Assembly (NCBI GenBank): GCA_043766615.1
Contig: JAYUHW010000011.1
Coordinates: 1-55,871, forward strand
Length of the DNA stretch: 55,871 nt
From: Fibrobacteria bacterium
GTDB lineage: Bacteria > Fibrobacterota > Fibrobacteria > UBA11236
Direction of reading: 5' to 3'
Under the pieces are notes generated by a model. The model was not told the DNA's origin. It did not search any database and saw nothing but the letters and a program-made list of their open reading frames with translations. Both the position numbers and the translations under genes were made by a program. Each line of letters opens with the position of its first letter. The stretch's first letter is position 1. This document shows positions 46,571 to 55,871 of this stretch, one piece after another.

Positions 46571-47455
46571 ATGGATGTGAGCAAATCCGAAAAAGCGCGT
46601 TTGGGTGCCTTTCTATTGATTTCCGTCGGAATTCTGATTGCCGTATTATTCACCATGGTGGGTGGTCGTCTTTTTGTAAAGAAAGTAGCCTATTTCACCC
46701 GGCTCCAGGAATCGGTTAGTGGTTTGGAACTCGGCACTCCCGTTAAGCAAAATGGCGTGGAAGTAGGAAACATTTCCGCTATAACCACGGATTCCACCGA
46801 CATCACCAAATCCATCGTACGCTTTGAGGTTAAAAAAGGAACACCGATGAAATCCGACATGACCGCCTCCATGGGGAGCTATGGCATCACTGGGCTCAAG
46901 TACATTGAAATTACCGGCGGAACTTATTCCTCCGCTGATGTTCCTCCCGGCGGAGAATTGAAATCCGAGCTCTCCATTTGGGGCAAAATCACTTTACGTG
47001 CGGACTCGATAGCGGTTAAAGTGGATCACTTACTGGGTAATGTCATCGGCATCACGGAAGCCCAGAATAAACAGCATATCGACCGACTGATTAAAAGCTC
47101 CGCCGACCTGAGTGCAAGCCTGGACAGCTTAACCATGGATATTGTCCATATCAAGCCCGGCAAGCGCATAGACGGAATTCTTACTCAGTTGGAGGCTGCT
47201 TCAAAGGACATCAAAGTAAAAATCCAGAATGCGGAAATCGATCAAACCGTTCATGCATATCGCCAAGCTGCGGAAGGTATAACCGGTGTCACTCAGAAAC
47301 TGGATTTGACCGTTCTCAGGGTTCAAGAAGATTTGGCCCAGAGCATGACAAACCTTAAAGAAACCATGAAGAATATGAATACCTTCAGTCGTCAAGTCAA
47401 AGAGAACCCCTCCGTGCTGCTCAGGGGCGAGGATAAGCAGGAGCGCCATAAATGA
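46571..47455 (+). CDS. mlaD: MlaD/MCE-domain protein with long helical extension
   Basis: TM, SVSGLELGTPVKQNGVEVG, GITGLKYIEITGG, coiled-coil region, ENPSVLLRG. Confidence 0.92.
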   Translation: MDVSKSEKARLGAFLLISVGILIAVLFTMVGGRLFVKKVAYFTRLQESVSGLELGTPVKQNGVEVGNISAITTDSTDITKSIVRFEVKKGTPMKSDMTASMGSYGITGLKYIEITGGTYSSADVPPGGELKSELSIWGKITLRADSIAVKVDHLLGNVIGITEAQNKQHIDRLIKSSADLSASLDSLTMDIVHIKPGKRIDGILTQLEAASKDIKVKIQNAEIDQTVHAYRQAAEGITGVTQKLDLTVLRVQEDLAQSMTNLKETMKNMNTFSRQVKENPSVLLRGEDKQERHK

Positions 47456-48246
47456 AAAGTTTTTCTTTACGATCGTACCGGATTTTTGCCGGAGCAACTT
47501 TAGCGTTGGCGTTGGCGTTGACGTTGACGAGCTGTTTTTTTGCCAAGCCGGCCGACACGAAATATTATGTCATCGATTACATTCCAACTCCGACGAAGGC
47601 CAGGCTGGAAAAGGGGCCATATCCCTATGTGCTGCGCATGCGAGACTGCAATATAGCCGAGACGTACCGTCGGCCGCAAATCGTGTATCGCCAAAGCGCA
47701 AACCAAATGGAGTTTTACGGGTATCACCTGTGGGCGGTTGATCCGGACCGCATGATCGGGGATCTAGTCATCAAGCACCTCAAAACCGTGCACCTCTTTG
47801 AAAACGTGACTCGCACTGTGGAAACCTACGTTCCCGATCATTATTTGGGATGCGACATCCAAGCCATCGAAGAATATGACAACCAGGATTCCTGGTATGC
47901 TCATTTAGCCATGGAATACCAACTTGAGGACGCTAAGACCAATCAGATCCTTTGGAAAAAATCCTATGATCTCAGAAAAAAAGTGTCCCAACACGAGCCT
48001 GTCTATGTGGTGCGAGAACTCACTGTGTTGCTGGAAACCATCAATGACCGCATGACCCAGGAATTGGAAGTGCTTTTGGACGAAATAAAATACAACCATG
48101 ATATGGCTTTAAAAGACAGCCTTACACGGGCTGCGGAGGTCAAAAAATCTGCTCCCACCGTGGATGCATCTATTTCCACTGACTCGTCCCAGCTCCCGGC
48201 CCAACCCGCCACCAGTAAAAAAACCAAACACAAGGTCAAACCTTGA
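47452..48246 (+). CDS. ABC transport auxiliary lipoprotein (PqiC/DUF330-like)
   Basis: Lipobox LTS-C, YYVIDY, YRRPQIVYR, WAVDP; downstream of the MCE gene. Confidence 0.85.
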   Translation: MKSFSLRSYRIFAGATLALALALTLTSCFFAKPADTKYYVIDYIPTPTKARLEKGPYPYVLRMRDCNIAETYRRPQIVYRQSANQMEFYGYHLWAVDPDRMIGDLVIKHLKTVHLFENVTRTVETYVPDHYLGCDIQAIEEYDNQDSWYAHLAMEYQLEDAKTNQILWKKSYDLRKKVSQHEPVYVVRELTVLLETINDRMTQELEVLLDEIKYNHDMALKDSLTRAAEVKKSAPTVDASISTDSSQLPAQPATSKKTKHKVKP

Positions 48247-49913
48247 TAAAAGTGTTTCCAAGCAGCATGGCTTTGCGCCACTTTATGCTCATCCTCATGC
48301 TGGCCATTTTACCTGTTTTGGCCGTACCCATTGGCGATTTGCCTGGCGAGGACATTTCCGCTTTACCCGGCATATCCAGTCCACCGATTGAAAAATCTAA
48401 ACAACCCATTGTGATTACGCGGACTAACAGTTGGCTCGCTCCTCCTATTGAGGAACAGTTGTCCAGGGACCGGGTCCTTATTCCACTGGGCAGGGGCGCA
48501 TTATTTATCCCCAGCTTTACGGAACCCCGTCGCGAACCGGAAGTCACAATCTTCAATGTAAGCGGTGATGAAGTGCAAGATGGTCAAACCGGCGAGCGCA
48601 TTCTCCTTGACTCAGGCACGTACACGGTGCGCTTAGGCTCCGGGACCAAGGGCCAACAAATCACCATGCAGGTGGCGATTACCGAAGGTCATACCATAGT
48701 AGAAGAACCGGTTTGGGCTGGATTGATAGTGGAAACGTTGCTTCCAAACGGACAGTACATAGACGGACAATATGAAGTGATTCGCATGGGCAAATGGATC
48801 AATTACGGCAAAGGCCATGGATTGAAATCGGAGCGGCTTCAGGATATTAAAACTTGGGTACTACCGCCTGGACTCTATCGAATCAGCAAACCCGGTGAAG
48901 GGTTCAGCTCCTTACGCAATTACATCACTGTGCAACTCAATCCAGGTGAACTACATAAAATTGAAATTATTTTCGATAAAGAGGGCGGTGACATAGTTTC
49001 CGGCGGTGTAAAAACCTTGAATGCACGGGTCAAGGTCGGCAGCAATTGGAGCATTGGTGTGCGTGCTGGAGGCAATGTCAATCTTGCTCGGGTAACGGAT
49101 GATGTGGGCGTACGCAATGAAGCTTTGCAAGTTTCTAGCGACGCTCGTTTGCAGGTTCTTTTCGACAATGTCCGCTACCTGGGCACTAGTGAACTTTTGT
49201 TGCAGGATAACTTCAGCAAGGCCAAGGGACGACCTTTTGTAGTGACTTCAGACTTGGCTAACCTACGCACCAACTGGGTACGGAGACTCAACACCTGGCT
49301 GGGTCCCTATGTGCGGGGATCGGTGGAAAGCCACCTTTTTCCACGCAGCGCCGATCGGGACACGATATACTTGATTCATTCGAGAGGTGTACCTAGTCTT
49401 TCCCCGTCAGCGGGTAATTTAGATAGCACCGTCTATGATACCGTTGCGGTACCAGGTTCAAAGGATTTTGAGACGAAACCGGTTTTGGATCCAATGAAGT
49501 TTTCCGAAGGCGTGGGTGTGAATATTGAATTCCTTTCCCGGTATTATCTGGAGGCCAACACCCAAATTGGCATGGCAGGTAGACAAAATATCGCCAAAAA
49601 CAGTTATGTGGGCAGCAATGACAGCACCTATACCCGAGGACAATCCAAATATGAAATCGGCGCAGAAAACACTTTGAACGCCATCTTCCGACTGGGTTCA
49701 CAAGCCACCCTCGACCTGCGGACGGAGATTTTCTTCCCCAACGCCAACATCACCAATCTCCGATTGGACGATCTAACCGCGGACCTAAGATTTTTCTTAA
49801 GCCGCAACTTGGAAATCGGATATATTTACCAAGTCAAAGAAAGTACGGAAAAGGTGAAAAATCGTTACCCTTCTTCACATAATATTTCCTTGCGGCTTTC
49901 CTTCAACTTCTGA
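48243..49913 (+). CDS. Uncharacterised outer-membrane protein (N-terminal beta-sandwich-like repeats + C-terminal barrel)
   Basis: Signal peptide; LDSGTYTVR and LPPGLYRI repeats; alternating strands ending ISLRLSFNF; TTGA overlap with the lipoprotein gene. Confidence 0.75.
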   Translation: MIKVFPSSMALRHFMLILMLAILPVLAVPIGDLPGEDISALPGISSPPIEKSKQPIVITRTNSWLAPPIEEQLSRDRVLIPLGRGALFIPSFTEPRREPEVTIFNVSGDEVQDGQTGERILLDSGTYTVRLGSGTKGQQITMQVAITEGHTIVEEPVWAGLIVETLLPNGQYIDGQYEVIRMGKWINYGKGHGLKSERLQDIKTWVLPPGLYRISKPGEGFSSLRNYITVQLNPGELHKIEIIFDKEGGDIVSGGVKTLNARVKVGSNWSIGVRAGGNVNLARVTDDVGVRNEALQVSSDARLQVLFDNVRYLGTSELLLQDNFSKAKGRPFVVTSDLANLRTNWVRRLNTWLGPYVRGSVESHLFPRSADRDTIYLIHSRGVPSLSPSAGNLDSTVYDTVAVPGSKDFETKPVLDPMKFSEGVGVNIEFLSRYYLEANTQIGMAGRQNIAKNSYVGSNDSTYTRGQSKYEIGAENTLNAIFRLGSQATLDLRTEIFFPNANITNLRLDDLTADLRFFLSRNLEIGYIYQVKESTEKVKNRYPSSHNISLRLSFNF

Positions 49914-51045
49914 TTTCAGCGGCCATTACCTTTAGATAAGCCTCTGCGGTCGCATTGAAATCCCAAATGTATCGATTGGGCTTAACCCCCAATCCTCCCT
50001 CGACAACCCGTTTGACCAAGTTGGTCAATTCCATTAAATCGCCATAAAGTTCTACCTGAACCCCTTCCGCCTTCAAATAGCGGGTAAGCGGTAAATCACT
50101 AGCGAGCAGCGGCTTGCCCAAGTGGATGAGATTCAAAAGCGAACTGCTGTTGCTCTTGAACCGCATAGGACAAACAAACAGGTCGCACAACCGTAGATGC
50201 GCAAACAATTTTTCTTCCGGGAGATAACCGGTGATATGCACTCGTTTGGATAAACCCCGCTTGGTCGCTTCTAATTTCGGATTAAAAAACTCTGCAGCCC
50301 CTGGTCTAGGCCCACCTATCATAAGTAGACAAACCCCGGGGTTTAATTTTTCCAATAGTTTGAAGACCATGGAATAGTCAAGTCCGGGATTGAGGAATCC
50401 GAAAATCCCCAACACGGTGGTAGCCCCTTCCGGAAAAAAGGATTCGCGAGTTGGCGCGTGTCCAGCTACGATTGGATTTGCCAAGTCTGGAGACAGTGGA
50501 GTAAAAAATGCGAGCGGCACAGGATTGAGGATTTTATTACCGGCCAATGGCTTCAAAATATCGTAACCGGGACCTGAAAGCGGGATCACCCTATGAGCGT
50601 CGTAGGCCCTGCCTTGCAAGGCTTTTTCCTGGGTGTACTCACGGTGTCGCCAATCGTACACAAAACGTTTCAATGCCAATAAGGGTGGAAAAGAAGACTG
50701 GATTGCATGATAAGGGTAGGCGAATGGATCGTCTTGATAGACTTCATGTGGCACGACAAAAACTCGACCGGGAAGTTTTTCAGACAGATGCAGTAGGAAA
50801 TTCTTTTCCGGGACTAACGATCGTTCATACTGAACAAGAAGCGCTTGACACCTGGATAAGGCATTTTCACCTAGGGTCTTATCACTTATGGCACTGGTAT
50901 TATGGCTTAAGGCGTTCCGGTATGATACAAAAACCAATTCGCATTTTTGGTCAAGAGCAAGAGCCAATCGCGCCGTATAATCAGAAATGCCGCAGGGCTG
51001 GGTTTGATCCGGGCCAATCAGTCCGATGCGCAAGCTCCCGGTCAT
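49903..51045 (-). CDS. GT-B (family 4-like) glycosyltransferase
   Basis: PCGISDYT, FGFLNPG, ITGYLPEE, DLFVCP, GKPLLASDLP. Confidence 0.85.
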   Translation of the reverse strand: MTGSLRIGLIGPDQTQPCGISDYTARLALALDQKCELVFVSYRNALSHNTSAISDKTLGENALSRCQALLVQYERSLVPEKNFLLHLSEKLPGRVFVVPHEVYQDDPFAYPYHAIQSSFPPLLALKRFVYDWRHREYTQEKALQGRAYDAHRVIPLSGPGYDILKPLAGNKILNPVPLAFFTPLSPDLANPIVAGHAPTRESFFPEGATTVLGIFGFLNPGLDYSMVFKLLEKLNPGVCLLMIGGPRPGAAEFFNPKLEATKRGLSKRVHITGYLPEEKLFAHLRLCDLFVCPMRFKSNSSSLLNLIHLGKPLLASDLPLTRYLKAEGVQVELYGDLMELTNLVKRVVEGGLGVKPNRYIWDFNATAEAYLKVMAAEIRS

Positions 51046-51060
51046 GACTGGTTTTTAAGC

Positions 51061-51993
51061 CTATTTATGCTTACGATGGGTGCGCTCGGACACAACCATA
51101 GTGTCGTCCGGTACCGATGAGGTAATCCAGCAGTTTCCGCCAATGACGCTGCCTTGGCCAATAGTTGTATCTCCACCCAACACTGTTGCACCAGCATAAA
51201 TGGTAACATTGTCTCCAATGTTCGGATGCCGTTTTATCCCCTTGATGGGATTTCCATCGCTGTCCTTTGGGAAACTCAAAGCGCCCAAAGTAACGCCTTG
51301 ATACAACTTGACACCCCTTCCGAGCACGGCCGTCTCCCCTATCACCACGCCTGTCCCATGATCGATGAAAAAGCCGGAACCTATAGTGGCCCCGGGATGA
51401 ATGTCCACGCCTGTGCGGAAATGGGCAACCTCGCTAAGCATGCGCGGGATCAAAGGAACCTTAGCCAGATAAAGCTCGTGGGCGACGCGATGGGCAACGA
51501 TAGCCTGCACAAAAGGATAACTCATAAGCACTTCCACCACGGAACTGGCAGCCGGATCCCCTTCATATGCGGCAAGCAAATCCTGCCCCAGTGCTTGCCT
51601 AATAAGCGGTAGGGATTCCAAAAGCCTTCGGGTTATTTCACGCCCTTTAACTGCATGCGCGTCACAACGCGGATCACCCGAAATAATTGGACTCTCCAAG
51701 GAAGCCAAATAATCCAGCGCCATGCCAATATGGCCGGCAAGGGACTCTTGGATGGATCCGAGGCTTTCCTTCAAAAAATCCCCCAGTTCCTCTGCCCGTA
51801 CACGCTGATTTCCAAATACTCCAGGAAAAAGAACGGAGAGAAGTTGATCTAAAACTTGTCCAATAGCCTCACGACTGGGCAGCTTACAGCCGTCCCAAAT
51901 GTTGGCGAGGTGATCTTCAGTAATGGCTTGCGACAGTTTTTCTGCCAGCCCGTCTAAACCCTGTGACTGCGCCGGAGCGCCTGTATTTTTCAT
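51061..51993 (-). CDS. cysE: Serine O-acetyltransferase
   Basis: AYEGDPAA, HRVAHEL, TGVDIHPGATIG, FIDHGTGVVIGET, YQGVTLG, KRHP. Confidence 0.95.
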   Translation of the reverse strand: MKNTGAPAQSQGLDGLAEKLSQAITEDHLANIWDGCKLPSREAIGQVLDQLLSVLFPGVFGNQRVRAEELGDFLKESLGSIQESLAGHIGMALDYLASLESPIISGDPRCDAHAVKGREITRRLLESLPLIRQALGQDLLAAYEGDPAASSVVEVLMSYPFVQAIVAHRVAHELYLAKVPLIPRMLSEVAHFRTGVDIHPGATIGSGFFIDHGTGVVIGETAVLGRGVKLYQGVTLGALSFPKDSDGNPIKGIKRHPNIGDNVTIYAGATVLGGDTTIGQGSVIGGNCWITSSVPDDTMVVSERTHRKHK

Positions 51994-52046
51994 GATATTA
52001 CCTGAATAAAATATACTTGCAAACCGATTTCTAATTTGAAAAGACT

Positions 52047-53198
52047 ATGAAGATTTATGTCGATGAAAACATACCCTTTGGGCTAGAGGCGTTTGCCACG
52101 CATGGACAAGTGATCCGGTTTCCTGGTAGAAACCTTAAGTCTACTGATTTGACCCATGCCGACGCACTTATTATTCGCTCTATCACCAAAATCAACGCCA
52201 GCCTCCTTACCGGCACCTCGGTGCGGTTTGTCGCTACAGCCACCATCGGAACCGACCATGTCGATGGCGCCTACCTCCAAGAACAGGGTATTGGATTCGC
52301 CTCGGCCCCTGGCTGCAATGCCAATTCCGTAGGCGAATACGTATGCGCAGCCTTGTCTCGATTGGAAGTGGAAAAAGGGCTGACGCTGTCGGGTAAAGTT
52401 TTGGGGATAATTGGGTATGGCCATGTCGGAAAAAACGTAGCGGACAAAGTCCAATCCTTGGGCATGAAAGTCATTTATTGCGATCCGCCTTTGCGCGATC
52501 TTGCCTTGAAAGAAAATCACGATGCCGACTCGTATTCGTCCTTGGAAACCATTCTGGAAAAAAGTGATATTATCAGCCTTCATGTACCCTTGGTTAAAGA
52601 CGGGCCTTATCCAACCTTTGGCATGGTGGACGCTGATTTTTTTCAGAAATTGAGCCGACCTATCGTGTTGCTCAACACCTGTCGAGGTGAAATCATCCAC
52701 GAACCGGCTTTGGAAAATGCCATGAAAATGGGTCGCGTCAAACATTTGGTGCTGGATGTATTTGCAGGGGAGCCGAATATTAATGCCAATTTGGCCAGTG
52801 CAGCGGATATCATCACGCCCCATATCGCTGGATATTCCTTGCAAGGTAAGATCAATGGAACGGTTCAAGTTTACCAGGCTTTCTGCCGTTTTTTTGGGCT
52901 GGAAATCGGATGGCAACCCACCTATCCCGGCCCCGCCATTCCGAATATACACTATACTGCCATGGATTCAGATGCAGCCTTTCGTCAGTGGTGTATATCT
53001 AAAGCTTATGACATGCTCTCTGATGAAAAACGTCTGCGACAATCCTTATTCCAGCCCGAACCGGGCAAGGCATTCGATGTATTGCGACGCGAATATCCGA
53101 TCCGGCATGAATTCAGCCAATTCGCTGTTCACGACCTTCCACCAGAAAAGCGGGAACTCTACTCCCAGTTGGCCAAATTGGGCTTCAAAATCTTTTAG
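52047..53198 (+). CDS. pdxB: 4-phosphoerythronate dehydrogenase
   Basis: KIYVDENIP, IRSITK, TATIGTDHVD, APGCNANSVGEY, GYGHVG, TPHIAGYSLQGK, FDVLRREYPIRHEF. Confidence 0.95.
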   Translation: MKIYVDENIPFGLEAFATHGQVIRFPGRNLKSTDLTHADALIIRSITKINASLLTGTSVRFVATATIGTDHVDGAYLQEQGIGFASAPGCNANSVGEYVCAALSRLEVEKGLTLSGKVLGIIGYGHVGKNVADKVQSLGMKVIYCDPPLRDLALKENHDADSYSSLETILEKSDIISLHVPLVKDGPYPTFGMVDADFFQKLSRPIVLLNTCRGEIIHEPALENAMKMGRVKHLVLDVFAGEPNINANLASAADIITPHIAGYSLQGKINGTVQVYQAFCRFFGLEIGWQPTYPGPAIPNIHYTAMDSDAAFRQWCISKAYDMLSDEKRLRQSLFQPEPGKAFDVLRREYPIRHEFSQFAVHDLPPEKRELYSQLAKLGFKIF

Positions 53199-53274
53199 TA
53201 CGTCCCGTTCTGGCCAGTAAACTCCGTGATTTTTGGAGTAGAGAATTCAAAATGGATCCATTACTATGGGATTA

Positions 53275-53296
53275 GGATTTTTATCTGCAAAAATCC
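53275..53296. promoter_or_regulatory. Palindrome upstream of the hemerythrin-like gene (possible operator)
   Basis: GGATTTTT-ATCTGC-AAAAATCC, perfect 8-bp arms, about 30 nt before ATG 53325. Confidence 0.35.
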
Positions 53297-53324
53297 AGTG
53301 AATGAGTAGGTGGAAGGGACGACC

Positions 53325-54128
53325 ATGAAAAGCTCTATCTCCGAACAGACGTCGCTACGCGCCCTGTTAAAGCTGCGTCCTTCGGCTATCGGGCTTTTGA
53401 ACAAACGCAAGGTCCGTTTCTGGGATGCATTGGACAAGCCCGTGTGGGAGGTCCTTCGCCGCCAAGGACTGGAAGATTTTCTTGAGGACGTTTCCCATAC
53501 GCAGCAAGCGGATCCAGACACCGAGTGGTCGGCCATGCCCTTGTATGTTCTAGTGGATTTTTTGACCCAGGAACATCGCACCCTGTTGACGGAGGAAATC
53601 TCCGAAATGAACCACCTTTTCAATATTCATTGCCTGTCTGAGGCGCATGAGACCGCTTCACTGAAGGAGCTACAGTCCACTTTTAATGCTTTTCAAATTG
53701 ATTTTGAATCGCATTTTGAAGCCGAGGAAACCGCTCTATTTCCAAAAATTTTGAGGTATGAAGCGTGCCTAAGGGATCGATACGTGCACCCTGAATTTCA
53801 TCGTGGTTCCCTACAAATGTATGCGTCTACCCATCAAGCTAGAGCGGATCGCCAATGTTTCAAGGACGCAGTCAGCCTCGCGATACGACTAAAATCTTTA
53901 CAAGCCAAATTTCCAGAATCTGCCGTAGTAGGACAATTGGCCGAATTAATGGAATCTTTGCGGATTAAACTCGGAGTGCATGAGAACCTGACCTGCAATT
54001 CCCTGCTTCCCATGGCTTGTGAGTTGGAACGCAATCTCTACAACAGGACCATAGACGGGGATCCGGCCCTGGCCGTGTCCAGCCGCGGCCCCATGGATTC
54101 CGGCATTATGCGTCTCAACCTCGGCTAG
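53325..54128 (+). CDS. Hemerythrin-like / RIC (YtfE-ScdA)-like protein, divergent
   Basis: WSAMPLYVLVDFLTQEH..L.EEI and FESHFEAEETALFPKI align by eye to RIC helices; the second half lacks clear HxxxE. Confidence 0.65.
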   Translation: MKSSISEQTSLRALLKLRPSAIGLLNKRKVRFWDALDKPVWEVLRRQGLEDFLEDVSHTQQADPDTEWSAMPLYVLVDFLTQEHRTLLTEEISEMNHLFNIHCLSEAHETASLKELQSTFNAFQIDFESHFEAEETALFPKILRYEACLRDRYVHPEFHRGSLQMYASTHQARADRQCFKDAVSLAIRLKSLQAKFPESAVVGQLAELMESLRIKLGVHENLTCNSLLPMACELERNLYNRTIDGDPALAVSSRGPMDSGIMRLNLG

Positions 54129-54227
54129 CCTAAAGCCCAATCCTGGCTTGAGGAATCGCTCCCCAGCGATTACATTGGATCACCTAAATTTCAAGATTAT
54201 TGCGGGTTTCAAGAAACAGGAGCACTT

Positions 54228-55871
54228 ATGGCGAAAGCGCCGAAATACGTTTATTACTTCGGAAAAGGCAAATCGGAGGGCGATGCCTCCATGAAAAATC
54301 TTTTGGGCGGCAAAGGAGCCAATCTCGCGGATATGGCCTATATCGGCCTTCCGGTGCCTCCTGGATTTACGCTGACAACGGAAGTCTGCACCGACTTTTA
54401 CAAAAACAAGCAGAAATATCCTGCCGGCCTCAAAGAACAAGTCCAAGCCCACTTGGCCCAAGTTGAAAAGGACATGGGCAAGAAGTTCAACGATCCCAAA
54501 AATCCGCTTTTGGTATCCGTACGTTCCGGCGCCAGGGTTTCCATGCCGGGTATGATGGACACGGTGCTCAATCTTGGTCTCAATGACAAAACCGTTGAGG
54601 GCCTTATCGCTGTTTCCGGCGATGCCCGTTTCGCTTATGACTCCTATCGCCGGTTTGTACAGATGTATTCCGATGTAGTTCTGGGTGTGCACACCGACTA
54701 CTTCGAAGCTGCGCTTCATGATGCCAAGCATGCCGCCAACGTCAAAGAAGACACGGACCTTACTGCAGACCAATTGAAAACCTTGGTGTCCACCTACAAA
54801 GGAATTGTTCTCAAAACTCTCGGCAAAGCATTTCCGGAAGATGCACAGCAGCAGCTTTGGGGCGCCATCGGAGCCGTCTTCCAGTCTTGGATGAGCGAAC
54901 GCGCAATCGTGTATCGACGCCTAACCAAAGTATCCGACGAATGGGGAACAGCCGTAAATGTTCAGGCCATGGTATTCGGCAATGCTGGCAATGATTGCGC
55001 CACTGGCGTGGCCTTTACCCGTAATCCTTCCACGGGTGAACGCAAGTACTACGGCGAATATCTAATCAATGCACAAGGCGAAGATGTGGTGGCCGGTATC
55101 CGTACACCGCAACCCGTTACCAAGATTGCAAAGAAGTCCAAGGACGAAGTGGCGCTGGAAGAAGTGATGCCCAAAGCCTACAAGGAATTGGCCCAGACCT
55201 TTGAAATCCTTGAAAAACATTATCGCGATATGCAGGATATCGAATTCACCATCGAGCACAATCGCCTGTTTATGCTCCAGACCCGTAACGGCAAAAGAAC
55301 CGGTGCCGCTGCCGTTCGTATCGCTGTTGAAATGGTAAAAGAAAAGTTGATTTCGAAAGAGGAAGCCATCCTCCGCGTGGACGCGAACTCCCTCAATCAG
55401 CTGTTACATCCTTCCTTTGATCCCAAAGCGGAAAAAACCGTTGTGGCAACAGGCCTTCCCGCCTCGCCGGGCGCAGCTACGGGTCAAATCGTCTTTACCG
55501 CCAAAGATTCGGTCCATTGGGGCGAGGAAGGAAAGGTAACCATCCTGGTACGTCAGGAAACATCTCCGGAAGACATTGAAGGCATGGTTTCCGCCCAAGG
55601 CATTCTAACCGGTCGTGGAGGCATGACCTCGCATGCGGCCGTAGTAGCCCGTGGCATGGGCAAAACCTGCGTAGCCGGCTGCTCCAGCCTGCTTATCGAT
55701 TCACAGGAAAAAATCGTCAAAGTCGGTGGCCATGTGCTGCGCGAAGGCGATTGGATTTCCATCAACGGTTCGACCGGTGAAGTGATGTTGGGCAAAGTGG
55801 AAACCGTACCCGCTTCTTTGACGGGTGAATTCGGCACCTTTATGACCTGGACGGATGAGCTCAAAAGGTTA
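54228..55871 (+). CDS. ppdK: Pyruvate phosphate dikinase (5' part; runs off the window end)
   Basis: Translated by hand from ATG 54228 after AGGAG: [81 protein letters not shown]. Absent from the ORF track because there is no stop in the window. Confidence 0.97.
   Translation, partial: MAKAPKYVYYFGKGKSEGDASMKNLLGGKGANLADMAYIGLPVPPGFTLTTEVCTDFYKNKQKYPAGLKEQVQAHLAQVEKDMGKKFNDPKNPLLVSVRSGARVSMPGMMDTVLNLGLNDKTVEGLIAVSGDARFAYDSYRRFVQMYSDVVLGVHTDYFEAALHDAKHAANVKEDTDLTADQLKTLVSTYKGIVLKTLGKAFPEDAQQQLWGAIGAVFQSWMSERAIVYRRLTKVSDEWGTAVNVQAMVFGNAGNDCATGVAFTRNPSTGERKYYGEYLINAQGEDVVAGIRTPQPVTKIAKKSKDEVALEEVMPKAYKELAQTFEILEKHYRDMQDIEFTIEHNRLFMLQTRNGKRTGAAAVRIAVEMVKEKLISKEEAILRVDANSLNQLLHPSFDPKAEKTVVATGLPASPGAATGQIVFTAKDSVHWGEEGKVTILVRQETSPEDIEGMVSAQGILTGRGGMTSHAAVVARGMGKTCVAGCSSLLIDSQEKIVKVGGHVLREGDWISINGSTGEVMLGKVETVPASLTGEFGTFMTWTDELKRL

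Noticed and set aside
52083-52952. 289-aa minus-strand ORF
   Set aside because: Antisense shadow of pdxB.
54180-55864. Several minus-strand and short ORFs at the window end
   Set aside because: They overlap the ppdK reading frame, which starts at 54228 and runs off the window.

Overview
Gene-dense bacterial chromosomal window, most likely from a Fibrobacterota-like Gram-negative organism (inferred from a TIGR02147-family gene, secreted proteins with T9SS/FlgD-like C-terminal tails and a PorX homologue). I found no rRNA, tRNA, CRISPR array or transposase. The most notable part is 2.9-9.9 kb, a co-oriented extracytoplasmic redox/flavinylation cluster. It encodes a c-type cytochrome lipoprotein, DUF4266, a DUF3570 barrel with two D-x-x-S-x-A-S motifs, TlpA, DsbD/CcdA, a secreted FN3/Ig protein carrying its own DAVSAAS motif, ApbE, a NusG-II (EetA-like) protein and a Gx-transporter (EetB-like) protein that appears fused to an EcfT/FmnA-like domain. 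Downstream are three tandem paralogous outer-membrane barrel genes with a DUF1080 enzyme, a large modular Ig-repeat lipoprotein, duplicated flippase-like genes with a B12 radical SAM enzyme, and housekeeping genes (rsmE, rnhB, purN, gnd, degP-like, serS, tsaE, cysE, pdxB, ppdK). The window also holds a kinase-PorX-tsaE unit whose PorX phosphodiesterase site looks degenerate, an MCE/Mla lipid transporter flanked by TolC, MlaC and an unknown barrel, and a GC-rich ~224-nt nested hairpin followed by purine-rich tandem repeats at 33.2-33.6 kb. All family calls come from motifs recognised by eye; no database search was run.
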